A stretch of 64,000 nucleotides of DNA. Source: the human T2T-CHM13v2.0 reference genome, Homo sapiens. The stretch's first letter is position 1; each line of letters opens with the position of its first letter. The DNA is taken from the NCBI RefSeq assembly GCF_009914755.1, contig NC_060935.1. One strand, 5' to 3'. The position numbers and the translations under genes are program-made. A model generated the notes under the pieces. The model saw only the letters and a program-made list of their open reading frames with translations, was not told where the DNA came from and searched no databases. Of this stretch, positions 17,781 through 32,969 are shown in pieces.

Positions 17781-19699
17781 ATTTACAGGTCATCTCACAA
17801 AACATATTCAAGTACATCAGTTATAATTAAATGCTCTTAGAATTTTTTCTATTCAATATTCTCTCTTTCAAAATGTTTCAATAAAGAATATGAAGAAGGC
17901 AACTAATATTTGTAAAAGACATACACTGAACTACATGTGTTAGGAAAATATTTAATTATATTTATAGCTAATCTTCAGTATATTTTCTTTATGCAGCAAT
18001 AACAGCTTCTAGGAAAAATAAATACAAATTTATTCAGTAACTAATATCCATTATTATGTTTCTTCTGCATTTTAAACTTTCTCACCTCATATCATCTAAT
18101 CACTGTTGAACTGCCTCATAAATATTCAAAAGTTTAACTAAGCATCATTTATTTATTTTATGTAACTCATTAAATTGCATCCTTTATGGTAAAATTACCT
18201 CTGGGCACAAAGTAACTAATATGCATGCAATTTAATAATACTGACTGCCAGCATATCTCAAAGTATTGATTGTGAATAGCCAATTTAATAACTATATCTA
18301 GTACTAAATTCAAGAGTTTGGGAAACTGGAGATGAACTAAATTGACGCAAGCAGGGACTTTGCCAATCAAAACAAATTCAACTTTCATGGAAAATGTGCT
18401 CCCCACATATAGGATTTTGAAACTCTTAGTAGAAGGACATGCCTGATCTTAGATGCTGTATAAGACAGGAAGAATGTAAAAAGCAATCTAACCACTAACA
18501 GGAAAAAGGTCATGATATTCCAAAATATATCTGAAGGTAAGGAATTAGTAGTGAAACTATGCTATCAGTGAAATATCTGTCCTCTAACCCTCAATTTAAA
18601 TTAGTTGCAACTTTTGTGTTAGAAATGACAGTAAATTGAACGAAAGCATGTAAAACCAACTTTCCTTAATTCCCCCTTAAAGCACCCATGAAACCATCAG
18701 AAAAGACAGTCCTCACTGCAATCACAGTGAGTGGTATAAAACAAAGTTATCAGAGTGTTTTCTAGGTTTTTCTTTCCTTTCATCTTTGTGCAGTGACCCA
18801 GCCTCAAAATCCCATTTTCTAGGTTCAAGCAAGCAATGAAATAGCCTCTGGCCCTTTATCTTTTCTTCAACAAAACAACTTCACTCATACATATGAAGCT
18901 GTGGTTTTCAGCCCAAACCTGGTTAGATTTCTTTGGGTTGTTTGAAAATACGAGTAGAGGCTTATACCAACAACCAATAATCTGGCATCTCCCTGCACAG
19001 CATAGACTACTGGTCTGGGAGATAAAGTCTAGAAATGGATGTCTCACCATTCAAATAATCCTTAAACTCATTTTTAGAACAGTTGAAGATCAGTCAGATA
19101 AGACACAAAGGTGATGAGACTGAAGGAAAATCTTTGAAAGAGAAAAACATATAGAAGAAAAACCTTAGAAAGAAGGAAATGAATGATTAGCTTTAGTATG
19201 AATTCCTTTTCCTAGAAAAGATTTTCTTGTAAATCAGAAGAAAAATTTTAAATATATAGTTCTAACCTCAATGAGATAAACGAGAATAGTTCTTTTATAT
19301 TTAAAGAACAATTCAGAATAGGAAGAGAATACAATAAAATCAAAATCAAAGTGACTAAAATATTCATTGGAAGCAATAAGATGTAAACTTGATAGTATTA
19401 ACTATTTAAACCAATGCTTCAGAGTACAAACTTGAGAAATAATTGTAGAATGCAAAGTAAATCAATAAGAAAATTTTATTTTTAAGATGTGAGAGAAAAT
19501 GGTAGACGTGAAAGACAGAATAGATTTGGCTCATACATAATAGGTATCTGCGAAGAAGATAGAATATATGGAACAAAAGGAATAACAGAAAAAAAGTGAA
19601 CAAAACTCCAAAAACAAAGCAACAAGGAAAAAATTCTGACATTTAAGATAGAGAAATTCCAATGTTTCAAGAAATATTAAAATCTTAACAGCCCCATCT

Positions 19700-21030
19700 T
19701 TGTCACTCCCATAATTAATCCATCACCAAAGACTATTGATTTTATCTTCTAAATATTTATTCATCCATACACATCCCTATATCTTCCACCATGCCCCTAG
19801 TTTAAGCTACGCTCATTTCTGACCAAGACTCCAGCAACATCTCCTAAAAGCTCTTGATGTATCCACACTAACCCGTTTCCAATCTGCCCTTTATATTTCA
19901 ACTGTTTATTCAGTAAGACAAATTATTGAGTGCCTCCATCTGCTACCATAAAGCAATCATGAATAAATTAGGATAATTTCACATGTGATAGTTGTAATAA
20001 TAATTATATTAAAAATTAAAATGATGTGAGAGAGAGTGACTAAGGGAGGGGTGGTTTCTTTAAAGAAGTGGCCAAGGAGGCTTCTTGGTTAAGCTGAAAC
20101 CTATCTGAAAAGAAGGAGATAGCCATTTGGAGAACTGTGAAAAGAGCTTTCAGTCACTGGGCACCAAAAGCTCAAAAACTCTAAATTGAGAATGTGATTG
20201 AACGTTTGAGGCCCATTTTGCTAGAAGGCAGTGGACAAAGTGAGATGCAGAAGTATAGAGACTATATCAGGTAGAGCCTTGAAGCCATGGTGAGAAGTTT
20301 GGAATTTATTCTAAGTGCAAAAGGAAGCCTTTTTAACAAAAGGAAGTTTTTAACAAAAGAAGGATCTAATTTATGTAGTTTAAAACAAAAACTAACTTGA
20401 TACCGCTGTGTGTATCTTTTCAAAACACAAACCTAATTGTGCCACAGGCACACTCCCAGCCTCATCCTGCTTAAAAGCATTCCATGTGTTACACTTGCAC
20501 ATAGGACATTTTTGGTTTTTACTAATCCTAGCTCCTTAACATGGCCAACTACAAGATCTGGCTCCATCTATGACTCCAGCATCAAGTGCACCACACACGG
20601 ATCACCCTCCACATCTGCCTAACTGTACTTTCTTCAGCCCCACATCCCCCTCTTTCCAGACTGCACACAGGATGCCTCTGCCTTCCCTCTCCCTTTGCCT
20701 GCTGAACTCCCAATCATCTCTCAGCCTTCAATGTAACTGTCTCTGCCTTAGTGAAGACTTCCCTGACCAGCCCCTGCCCACGGAGTCCTATCCCTCAAGT
20801 TAGATCTGTATCAATATATAGCTTCCCATAAACCTCTGATCAAAACCCGAGTTTTACATTTGTGGGTGTGATCATTTATTCAACAGATCGTGCCCTAAGT
20901 AGACTGTAACTCCAAGAGGGCAGGGACTTCATCTATTTTGACTCACCATTGATTCTCAGTTGGCCCTAGGCACAGTGTTTGGTAAATAACACTGAGTCAA
21001 AAAATACCTTCGAATGGATAGTTGAATTAA
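19700..21030. mobile_element. Cluster of L2 fragments in both orientations
   Basis: aatccatcaccaaagactattgattttatcttctaaatattt (+); ttattcagtaagacaaattattgagtgcctcc (-); gactgtaactccaagagggcagggac...cctaggcacagtgtttgg (+ tail). Confidence 0.6.
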
Positions 21031-21343
21031 CAAGTTTTTAGAACTCAAGACCTGGTAAAATATCAAATTTCAATATGCATTTTCATTAAAAATAAAACTG
21101 ATTAATAGAAAGACAAAATTTGATTATTAATAAAACCAATTAGTAGAAAGACAAAATTACTCTCAAAGATGCAAAAATCAAAAAGATTTTTCTTCTACAT
21201 TTAATAAAAGCAGAAAATAGAGTGGTGTCTACTAAATGCAGGGAGTACAACATTGAGTTAGCAGTGATCACTGAGTACAATTAAAGGTATAGAAGTAACA
21301 GAATACAAGTGCTAAGAGTTGTATTTTTAAAACCTAACAAGCA

Positions 21344-21650
21344 GGCCAGGCATGATAGCTCACACCTGCAATCCCAACACTTTGGGAGGCCAAGGCAGTA
21401 GGACCGTTTAAGGCCAGGAGTCCTAGACCAGCCTAGGCAACATAGCGAGACCATGTCGCTACCAAAAAAAAAAATTAAAAATTAGCTGGGTGTGTTGGCG
21501 CACACCTGTAGTCCTACCTACTAGGGAGGCTGAGGTGGGAGGATCACTCTAGCCTAGGAGATCCAGGCTGCAGTAAGCTCAGATCATGCCACTGCACTCC
21601 AGCCTAGGACTAATACAGGACAAATAAAATGAGACCGTGTCTCAAATGAG
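21344..21650 (+). mobile_element. AluJ with disrupted 3' end
   Basis: ggccaggcatgatagctcacacctg...gaggctgaggtgggaggatcac...aggctgcagtaagc (J diagnostics). Confidence 0.85.
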
Positions 21651-21653
21651 ACC

Positions 21654-22028
21654 GTCCCTTCTTGCAATCCTATGAAGAACTACCTGAGACTGGGTAATTG
21701 ATAAAGAAAAAAGGTTTAATTGACTTACAGTTCAACAAGCTGTACAGGAAGTCCGGCTGAGGAGGCCTCAGCAAACTTACAATAATGGCAGGAAGGCAAA
21801 GGAGAAGCAGGCACATCTTACATAGCCAGAGAAGAAGGAAGAGACAGGTGGGAGGTGCCACAGACTTTTAAGCAACCACATCTCCCGAGAACTTATTCAC
21901 TATCAAAAGAACAGCAAGGGGGAAATCTGTCCCCATGATCTGATCAACTCCTACTAAGCCTCACCTCCAAATTGGGGATTACAATTTGACATGATATTTG
22001 GATGGGGACATAAATCCAAACCATATCA
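21654..22028 (-). mobile_element. MaLR solo LTR, MSTA-like
   Basis: tacctgagactgggtaattgataaagaaaaaaggtttaattg...ggggacataaatccaaaccatatca. Confidence 0.85.
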
Positions 22029-22064
22029 GACCTTGCAAAAAAGAAAAAAAAGAAAAAGAAAAAC

Positions 22065-25000
22065 CTGAAGATGGCAGATAGGTGGCAGAACTAGCTTGCA
22101 GCTCCTGCTCAGATGGACAGAGCAGCATGTGAAAACTCACATGGTGAACTTGTGCTCCAAGAACTACCAAAGGAACATACCAGGAAAGCCAAGAGAATCC
22201 ACAGTCCCTTTGAAGGAACTGGATCACCACTGAAAGCTCCTTGAGATGCTAAAAAACTGAGTCGGCTTGGTTTTTCAACGAGGAGGCATGCAGTCTGGGA
22301 TAAGTTCTCAGTCTTGATCACTGGCTGCCCGGAAATAAACTCAGTGCTATTGGAGGGGGGCGTGGTGGGAGTGAGACCAGCCTTTAGGACTGCAGGCTGT
22401 GTAAGAGCAGGTTGAGGCTTGTTACTGCTGGGTTTTCCCTACTTCCCTGGTGACCTGTATGACTCAGCAGAGGCAGCTCTAATCCCCTTGGGAATATAAC
22501 TCCACTGGACTGGGAACCACACCCCCATTCTCCACAGCAGCCACAGCAAGCCCCACTCAAAGAGAGGCTGAGCTCAGAAATGGCTATCCCTGCCCCTACC
22601 TGGTAGTCTTTTTCTATCCACCCTGGTAGCCAAAGACAAAGGTCTTAATTTCTTGAAAACTCTAAGGCCCCAGCCACTGCCTGAGAAACCTGAATACTTA
22701 AACAGCTGTGCTTAGGGCAAGTTTGCATCCTCCCTATAGGACTGCAGCTGGTGTGCTCTTGAAAGTGCCACCACTTGGCTGGAGGCCAACTAACCCAAAA
22801 ACTGCACACTAAACAAAAGCACAACCAAGGACCTTCACAGTGTCCACTTCACTCCCCAACTAACACCACTGGAGCAGGTGCTGATATCCAGGCTGCAAGA
22901 CCTGAAGATGACTCACATCACAGGACTCTTTGCAGACAGCCTCCAATGCCAGCCAGAATACCAGTAGCCCTGCTGGGTGGCTGGACCCAGAAGAGCAAAA
23001 ACAATAACTATGGTTCAGTTCTCAGGAACCCTTATTGCTAGGGAAAGGGAGAGAACACCACATCAAGGGAGCACCCCATAGGACAAAAGAACCTGAATAG
23101 CAACGCTTTAATCCCAGATCTTCCCTCTAACATAGTCTACCCAAATGAGAAAGACCCGGAAAAAACAATTCTGGTAATATGACAAAACAAGGTTCTTTAA
23201 CACCCCCAAAAGATCATACCAGCTCACCAGCAATGGATCCAAACCAAGATGAAATCTCTGCATTGCCACAAAAAGAATTCAGAAGGTCAATTACTAAGAC
23301 AATCAAGGAGGCACCAGAGAAAGGTGAAGGCCAACTTAAAGTATTCAAAAACATGATACAGAATGTGAAGGAGAAATTCTTCAGTGAAATACACAGCACA
23401 AATTTAAAAAAATCACAACTTCTGGAAATCAAAGACACACTTAGAAAAATGCAAAATGCACTGGAAAATCTCAGCAATAGAATCAAAAAGCAGAGGAAAG
23501 AACTCTGGAGCTCAAAGACAAGGCTTTTGAATTAACTCAATCCATCAAAGACAAACAGAAAGGAATTTTTAAAAAGAACAAAGCCTTCAAGAAGTTTGGG
23601 ACTATGTTAAATGGATAAACCTAAGAATACTTGATGTTCCTGAAGAAGAAGAGAAATCTAAAAGTTTTGAAAACATACTTGAGGGAATAATCAAAGATAA
23701 CTTCCCAAGCATTCCTAGAACTCTAGACATCCAAATATAAGAAACTCAAAGAACACCTGGGAAATTCATCACAAAAAGATCATCACCTAGGCACATAGTC
23801 ATCATGTTATCTAAAGTCAAGACGAAGGAAATTTTAAGAGCTGTGAGGCAAAAGCATCAGGTAACCTATGAAGGAAAACCTATCAGAGCAACAGCAAATT
23901 TATCAGCAGAAACCTTACAAGCTAGAAGGAATTGGAGTCTTATTTTTAGCCTCCTTAAACAAAACAATTATCCCCCAAGAATTTCATATCCAGTGAAACT
24001 AAGCTTCATAAACAAAGGAAAGATACAGTCTCTTCCAGACAAACAAATGCTGAGAGAATTCACCACTACCAAGCCAGCGCTACAAGAACTGCTAAAAGGA
24101 GCTCTAAATCTTGAAACAAATTTTCAAAACACACCAAAATAGAACCTCCTCAAAGCATAAATCTCACAGGACCTGTAAAACAATAACACAATGGAAACAA
24201 AAAACAAGGTATTCAGGCAACAAATAGCATGATGAATAGAACAGTACCTCATATCTCAATAATAACATTGAATGTAAATGGCCTAAATGCTCCACCTAAA
24301 ATATACAGAATGGCAGAATAGATAAAAATTCACCAACTAAGTTTCTGCTGTCCTCAGGAGACTTGCCTAACACATGAGGACTCATATAAACTTAAGGTAA
24401 AAAGGTGGAAAAAGATATTCAATGCAAATGGATATCAAAAGTGAGCAGGAGTAGATATTCTTATATCAGACAAAACAAACTTTAAAGCAACAGCAGTTTA
24501 AAAAGACAAAGAGGGATATTATATAATGATAAAAGGACTAGTCCAACAGGAAAATATCACAATTCTAAATATATATGCACCTAACATTGGAGCTCCCAAG
24601 TTTATAAAACAATTAATACTAGACCTAAGGAATGAGATACATGACAACACAATAACAGTGGGATACTTTAATACTCCACTGACAGTGCTAGATAGGTCAT
24701 CAAGACAGAAAGTCAACAAAGAAACAATGGACTTAAACTAAAACCTAGAACAAATGGACCTAACAGATATCTACAGAGCATTCTACCCAACAACTCCAGA
24801 ATGTACATTCTGTTCATCAGCACACAGAACATCCTCCAAGATAGACTATATGATAGGCCACAAAACAAGTCTCAGTAAATTTAAGAAAATCAAAATTATG
24901 TCAATTAGTCTCTCAGACCACAGTGGAATAAAATTGGAGATGAGTTCAAAAAGGAATCCTCAAAACCATGCAAATACATGGAAATCAAAAAACCTGCTCC

Positions 25001-28000
25001 TGAATGATTGCTGGCTCAACAACGAAATCAAGATGGAAATTTAAAAATTCTTTGAACTAAATGATAGTAGTGACACAACCTATCAAAACCTCTGAGATAC
25101 AGAAAAAACTAAGAGATAAGAAGAAAGTTCATAGTATTAAATGACTAGATTAAAAAGTCTGAAAGAGCACAAATAGACAATCTTAGGTCACACTTCAGAG
25201 AACTGAAGAAACAAAAACAATCCAAACCCACATCCAGCAGAAGAAAAGAAATAACAAAGAGGAGAACTAAATAAAATTGAAACAAAAAAAGAAAAATACA
25301 AAAGATAAATGAAACAAAATGCTGGTTCTTTGAAAATATAAGTAAAATCGATAGACCATTAGCATGATTAAACAAGAAAAGAAGAGAGAAGATCCAAATA
25401 AGTTCAATTAGAAACAAAACAGGAGATATTACAACTGATACCACAGAAATACAAAAGACCATTCAAGGCTATGATGAACACCTTTACATGCATAAACTAG
25501 AAAATCTAGAGGAGAGGGATAAATTCCTGGAAATATGCAACCCTCCTAGAGTAAACCAAGAAATATAGAACGTCTGAACAGACCAATAATGAGCAGCGAG
25601 ATTAAAATGGTTATTTAAAAATTGCCAACAAAAAAAAAGTCGAGGATCACATGGATTCACAGCTGAATTCTATCAGACATTTAAAGAAGAATTGGTACCA
25701 ATTCTACTGACACTACTCAAAAAGACAGAGAAAGAGGGAATCCTCCCTAAATCCTTCAATGAAGCCAGTATCATCCTAATACCAAAACCAGGAAATGACA
25801 TAACAAAAATAGAAAACTACAGATCAATATCCCTGATCATCATAGATGCAAAAATCCTTATGTCAAAAAGATAATACACCATGATCAACTGGGTTTCATA
25901 CCAGGGATACAGGGATAGTTTAACACGTAAGTCAGTAAATGTGATACACCACATAAGCAGAATTAAAAATCACATGATCATCTCAATAGACACAGAAAAA
26001 GCATTTGACAAAATCCAGCATCTCTTTATGATTAAAATCCTCAACAAAATTGGCATACAAGGGACATACTTTAAGGTAATAAAACCTGTCTATGACAAAC
26101 CCACAGCCAATATTATAAATGGGGAAAACTCGAAACCATTTCCCCTGAGAACTGGAACAAGGCAAGGATGCCCACTCTCACCACTTCTATTCAGCATAGT
26201 ACTGGAAGTCCTACCCAGAGCAATCAGACAACAGAAAGAAATAAAGGGCATCCAAATTGGTAAGGAGGAAGTCAAACTGTCACTGTTTGCTGATGATATG
26301 ATTGTATACATGAAGACAAAAAAGCTCCTAGAACGGATAAATGAATTCATCATAGTTTCAGGTTACAAAATTAATATGCAAAAGTCAGTAGCTCTGCTAT
26401 ATGCCAACAGCAGCCAAGCTGAGAATCAAATCAAGAGCTCAATGCCTTTTACAATAGCTGAAAAAAATAAAAATAAAATACTTAGGAATATACCTAACCA
26501 TCGATGTGGAAGACCTCTACAACAAAACACTGCTGAAAGAAATCATAGACAACACAAATTGAAACACATCATGCTCATGGATGGGTAGAATCAATATTGT
26601 CAAAATGACCATACTGCCAAAAGCAATCTAGCAATTCAATGCAATTTCCATCAAAATACCACCATCATTCTTCACTGAATTAGAAAAAAAAAAAAAAAAA
26701 AAAAAAACACCTAAAATCCACATGGAACCGAAAAAGAGCCCATGTAGCCAAAGCAAGACTAAGCAACAAGAACAAATCTGGAGGCATCACATTTGCCTGA
26801 CTTCAAACTATTCTATAAGGCCATCATCACCAAAACAGCATGGTACTGATATAAAAATAGGCACATAGCCCATTGGAACAGAATAGAGAACCCAGAAATA
26901 AAGCCAAATACTTACAGCCAACTGATCTTTGACAAATCAAACAAAAACATAAAGTGGGAAAGGACACCCATTTCAACAAATGGTGCTGGGATAATTGGCT
27001 AGCCACATGTTGAAAATGAAACTGGATCCTCATCTCTCACCTTATACAAAAATCAACTCAAGATGGATCAAAGACTTAAATCTAAGACCTGAAACCATAA
27101 AGATTCTAGACTATCACCTCAGAAAAACCCTTCTAGACATCAGCTTAGGCAAATACTTCATGACCAAGAAACCAAAAGCAAATGCAACAAAAACAAAGAT
27201 AAATAGATGGGACTTAATTAAACTAAAAAGCTTCTGCACAGCGATAGAAATAATCAGCAGAGTTAACAGACAACCCACAGAGTGGGAGAGAATCTTCACA
27301 GTCTATACATCCAACAAAGGACTAATATCAGAATCTACAGAGAACTCAAGTCAGCAAGAAGAAAATAAACGATCCCATCAAAAAGTGGGCAAAGAACATG
27401 AATAAACAATTCTCAAAAGAAGATATGCAAACTGCCAACAAACATATGGAAAAATGCTCAACATCACTAATGATCAGGGAAATACAAATCAAAACCACAA
27501 AGAGATACCACCTCACTCCTGCAACAATGACCATAATGAAAAAATCAAAAAATAATAGATGTTGGCGTGGATGTGGTGAAAAAGTTACACTTTTACACTG
27601 TTGGTGGGAATGTAAACTAGTACAACCACTATGGAAAACAGTGTGGAGATTCCTTAAAGGACTAAAAGTAGATCTACCATTTGATCCAGCTATCCCACTA
27701 CTAGGTATCTACCCAGAGGAAAAGAAGTCGTTATACGAAAAAGATACTTGCACACACGTTTATAGCAGCACAATTTGAGATTGCAAAAATATGGAACGAG
27801 CCCAAATGTTCATCAATCAATGAGTGGATAAAGAAAATGTGGTATATACACCATGGAATCCTGCTCAGCCATATTAAAAAAAAGAATGAAATAATGGCTT
27901 CACAGCAACCTGGGTGGAAATGGAGACTATTATTCTAAGTGAAGTAACTCAGGAATGGAAAACCAAAAATTGTATGTTCTCACTCATATACGAACTAAGC

Positions 28001-28210
28001 TATGAAGATGCAAAGTTATAAGAATGACATGTTAGACTTTGGGGATTCAGGAGGAATGGTAATGGGTGGCAAGGGATAAAAGTTCTCGCATTGGGTGCAG
28101 TATACACTGCTTGGGTGATAGGTGCACCAAAATCTCAGAAATCACCACTAAAGAACCTATCTATATAATCAAACAGCACTGGTTCCCCAAAAACCTGTTG
28201 AAATAAAAAA
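22065..28210 (+). mobile_element. Full-length, decayed L1PB LINE-1 (~6.15 kb), sense to CNTN5
   Basis: 5' aagatggcagatagg; ORF1 remnants ~23145-24142; ORF2 remnants from ~24230 with endonuclease (LNIYAPNIGAP, SDHSGIKLE), RT ([18 protein letters not shown]) and Cys-rich ([16 protein letters not shown]) motifs, many stops and frameshifts; L1PB 3' end gaaatcaccactaaagaac...gaaataaaaaa. Confidence 0.93.
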
Positions 28211-28279
28211 AATGGAAAACTAAAAATTAGACAATTTTTTTTTAAAACTTGATAAGTAAAAAAAAAAAAAAAAGGTTGA

Positions 28280-28450
28280 TAAGATGATGTGTTGTTGTAC
28301 ATTCATCCATTATAGCAAATGTACTATTCTGGTGAAGGATTTTGATAACATGGGAGGCTGCGCATGTGTAGTGGGCAGGGAGATTCAGGAGATCTCTGTA
28401 CCTTCCTTTCAATTTTGCTGTGACTCTAAAATGGCTCCAAAAAAAATTTT
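28280..28450 (+). mobile_element. L1MC-type 3' end fragment
   Basis: caaatgtactattctggtg...gggaggctgcgcatgtg...atctctgtaccttcctttcaattttgctgtga. Confidence 0.6.
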
Positions 28451-28764
28451 AACAAGTGTGAAAAATTGGACAAGCAAAGACAAAATATTAGGAAGAACTA
28501 CTCAATGGTTTTATATGACTGAATGAAAATGTAAAAGTAGGGGAAAGTTCACAACTCACCCAGTAATCAACAGCTGCATATGGCAGAACTCATGAGTTTT
28601 AGATTTTATAACTTCATGTAAGGAAACTGCATTGTGCATGACATGAATATCATAGAATCGTCACACCAGAAAATCAAATACACTACCTGCACAGTTAAAA
28701 TAATCATTATCTTGGAGAATCAGCTTTGGGAAAAATAGAGTGTCTACTAAGAAGAACCATCCTT

Positions 28765-29089
<325 letters not shown>

Positions 29090-30023
29090 CTACAGGTATT
29101 ATATGAGTCAGAATTCATACTTCCTGTCTGCCACTAATATTATGTACATTATAATTTTAAATAAAAATAATATTTGAGAGACAAAAATCAGAAAACCAAA
29201 ATAATATGAAGGATTAAAAAACATATACTTACAAATAATAAAAATCAGAAATATTAAAATATCAAGAAACAATGGCTCAAGCAGTTGAACAGCAGGGGAG
29301 CTCTCTAAAAATCATTCACAAACCTAAGAGAAGTACTATTTTCTCTGTTATATAAATAAAGATGCAGAGATTCACTGGTGAACTAACTTGTCCCATTATA
29401 TGTGGCTTAAAATACCAAAAGTAAAATTCACATATAGACCTTCTGGCTTTACAACTTTGGAACCCATAATCTTCTTTCTGGGGTCTATTCTGGGAAATTA
29501 ATCTAATATGTGGAAAACAGGGTATATGAAGATTTCCATGGCAGCATTTTAATTAAAGGAGCAATATGAATATTTGCACGGCAGCATTTTAATTAAAAGA
29601 GCAATAATTAGAAGCTATCCAAATGTTTTACAGTAGGACCATGGTTAAATAATATGTGGTACATAGGCATATGATACAATGTTATTTTTAAAATAAGAAA
29701 ATATTTCTATATAAGAGAATGAAAGCAGGACATAAAAAGTATAATTATTTTAAATACATAAAATAGGAAGTGATACACAAAGAAAATAATTGTATGAAGA
29801 TATTAAAATGATAAGCTGTCTGTGCTCTAATTTTAATTATTGATATCTTTTTAATGACTTTAATTTGGTTTCAAGTGATTTTACATAGAGAGTTCAAAGT
29901 TCATGAGCTGTTGAAATCTACATCTGAGGAAACAAACTAAATAAAGAGAAGTTTCAACCTTAGAAAGTGCATGTGACTTGTGAATATTGTGTAACCTCAA
30001 TTCCAGCTTAAGAATCACTAAAG

Positions 30024-31146
<1,123 letters not shown>

Positions 31147-31840
31147 TCATACTAACATAATGCAAATAACTCTTTTATAAATGAAAACATGCTCATGCTC
31201 TCCACAACAGGGAGAACCAAAGAAAGTCCCATAAGTCAATTTGTCCCAGTCATCGTGAAACCTTGCCCCTTCTCTAGGGAACTACATCAGAAAGTTACCT
31301 ACCAATAACACGCTCCATATAAAATATCAGAAGAAATGAAGAGGCTAAAGTAATTTAACATTTATAAAAACATACAAAAGACGAGGAAGAAAATGTGGCT
31401 AATTACTGTGGTCCTCACTTCATAAAGGTGTAGTTGCAATTTGTAACTTCCTTCTTCCTCCTTCCATTTCTTGTTCCTTTTGCTTTCAGCCAGCACTGAG
31501 GTTGGTTAAGGTTCTTAATATGTCGTGGTAGTTAAAATGTTCATTCTTGAGATCAGAGCCTATAATGGCTTCCTATGGTCACCACTGGAAGAGGCAATCC
31601 TAGACATGTTCCAGAATGTCTCCAAATTCCAATTAAACTTCTCACTGGCCACAGAGTATAGCAGCACCCTTAGCACCCTTAGCTGAAAGAGAATCTGGAA
31701 AATATGTTTTTGGCTTTCTAGACTCCACAGTACACAAAACATGAAGGAGGATGAAATGGGTGCAGTAATCTACTATTTCCACCACAGTAATTAAGTTGGG
31801 GGAAAAAAAAAGAATTACTCTCTTATGACCTTCGCCGCAG

Positions 31841-32969
31841 TAATGCAGGATTTTTCTCGGCCCCTTCATCAGACTTGTGACAGGAGTGACCCCATTTACT
31901 CGGCCTGCCGCATTCAAGCCTTTGTGGGAGGGAGCACATGAACAAGCTCCATGTGGGGCCCACAGCCAGAACAGGCACATGTGGATAAATGTAAGATCCT
32001 GCCAGCCAGTTCAGCTGCTGGCAGGAAAAATCTCCATGTGGGACCCATGGCAGTGCCCAGGTGGTGCTAGGTGCCTGTGACCCCTAAGCCCCAGAGGGAA
32101 TGTTAACAGTGCTCTCTTAGCTCTGCTGTCCCCGGACAGCTGTGTGTTAGCAGCTCAGCTGACAGAAGCAAGCTCTGTGTGGGGCCTGCACTGGTTCCCA
32201 GGTGAGAGTGTCTGTAACCCTGGAACCCCAGAGGGAGTGTTACAGTGCTGTCTTACCTCCACTGTCCATGGATGGCTGTGTGTTAGCAGCTCAACTGACA
32301 GGAGCAAGCTCTGTGCAGGGCCTGCGGCAGTGCCCAGGTCAGGGTGCCTGTGACCCTGAAACCCCAGAGGATGGGTTACAGCATTCTCTTAGTTCTGCCA
32401 TCCATGGACAGCTGTGTGTTAGCAGCTCAGTTGACCCCTTGCCTCATCACATGGGGCAACTACCCTCCACTGGCAAGGGCAAAGGGCTGGTGTGACAGAC
32501 TATCTGGGTACCTGCACTCGGTGGGTCCCGAGCTCTTGTCTGGTGTCCAAGAAGAATGAGGTCATATGGATGAACTGAATGATGGGGAAGGTGGAAAATT
32601 TTACTGAGCAATGAAAATGGCTCTCAGTGGAGAAGGGAGCTGGAAAGGGGATGGGAAGGGCAGGTTGCCTTCCCTAAAGTTAGGCTATCTCTCCTCTGAA
32701 GTGCAGCCCTCTCTCATCGCTTCTGACTGATAGTGGGATGTTTCTCTGCACAGGACGGTGGGGGTGGGCCATAGGTAGTTTTGAAAAAGGCAAGATTCAA
32801 TTGGTAAAAAGGCATTATTCAGAAAGAACAAATAAGGAGAGAATGGGCAAAAAAGGAATAGAAGTGCTCACTTCAGGCCATGGGTTTCAGGCTTCTCAGC
32901 TTGAAGGTGCAGTTTCACTGGGGACCCATTTCTGTCTGCCTAGAATTTCTCTGCCTCCTTCCTCTATCA
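31841..32969 (+). mobile_element. ERV1 solo LTR, MER52-like, with an internal 136-bp tandem array
   Basis: Starts t(a)atgcaggatttttctcggcccctt, ends cctctatca; near-matching 4-bp TSD gcag/acag; GC-rich. Confidence 0.8.

Noticed and set aside
19080-19690. A-rich stretch resembling old L1 ORF1/HAL1
   Set aside because: Too degenerate to name or delimit by eye.
23145-27980. L1 ORF1/ORF2 fragments (including the 235-aa RT piece) as an active retroelement or novel reverse transcriptase system
   Set aside because: Ordinary decayed L1PB with many stops, frameshifts and deletions.
32047-32435. 136-bp periodic repeats as a CRISPR-like array
   Set aside because: Whole units are homologous with no unique spacers, they lie inside an LTR, and the context is eukaryotic with no cas genes.
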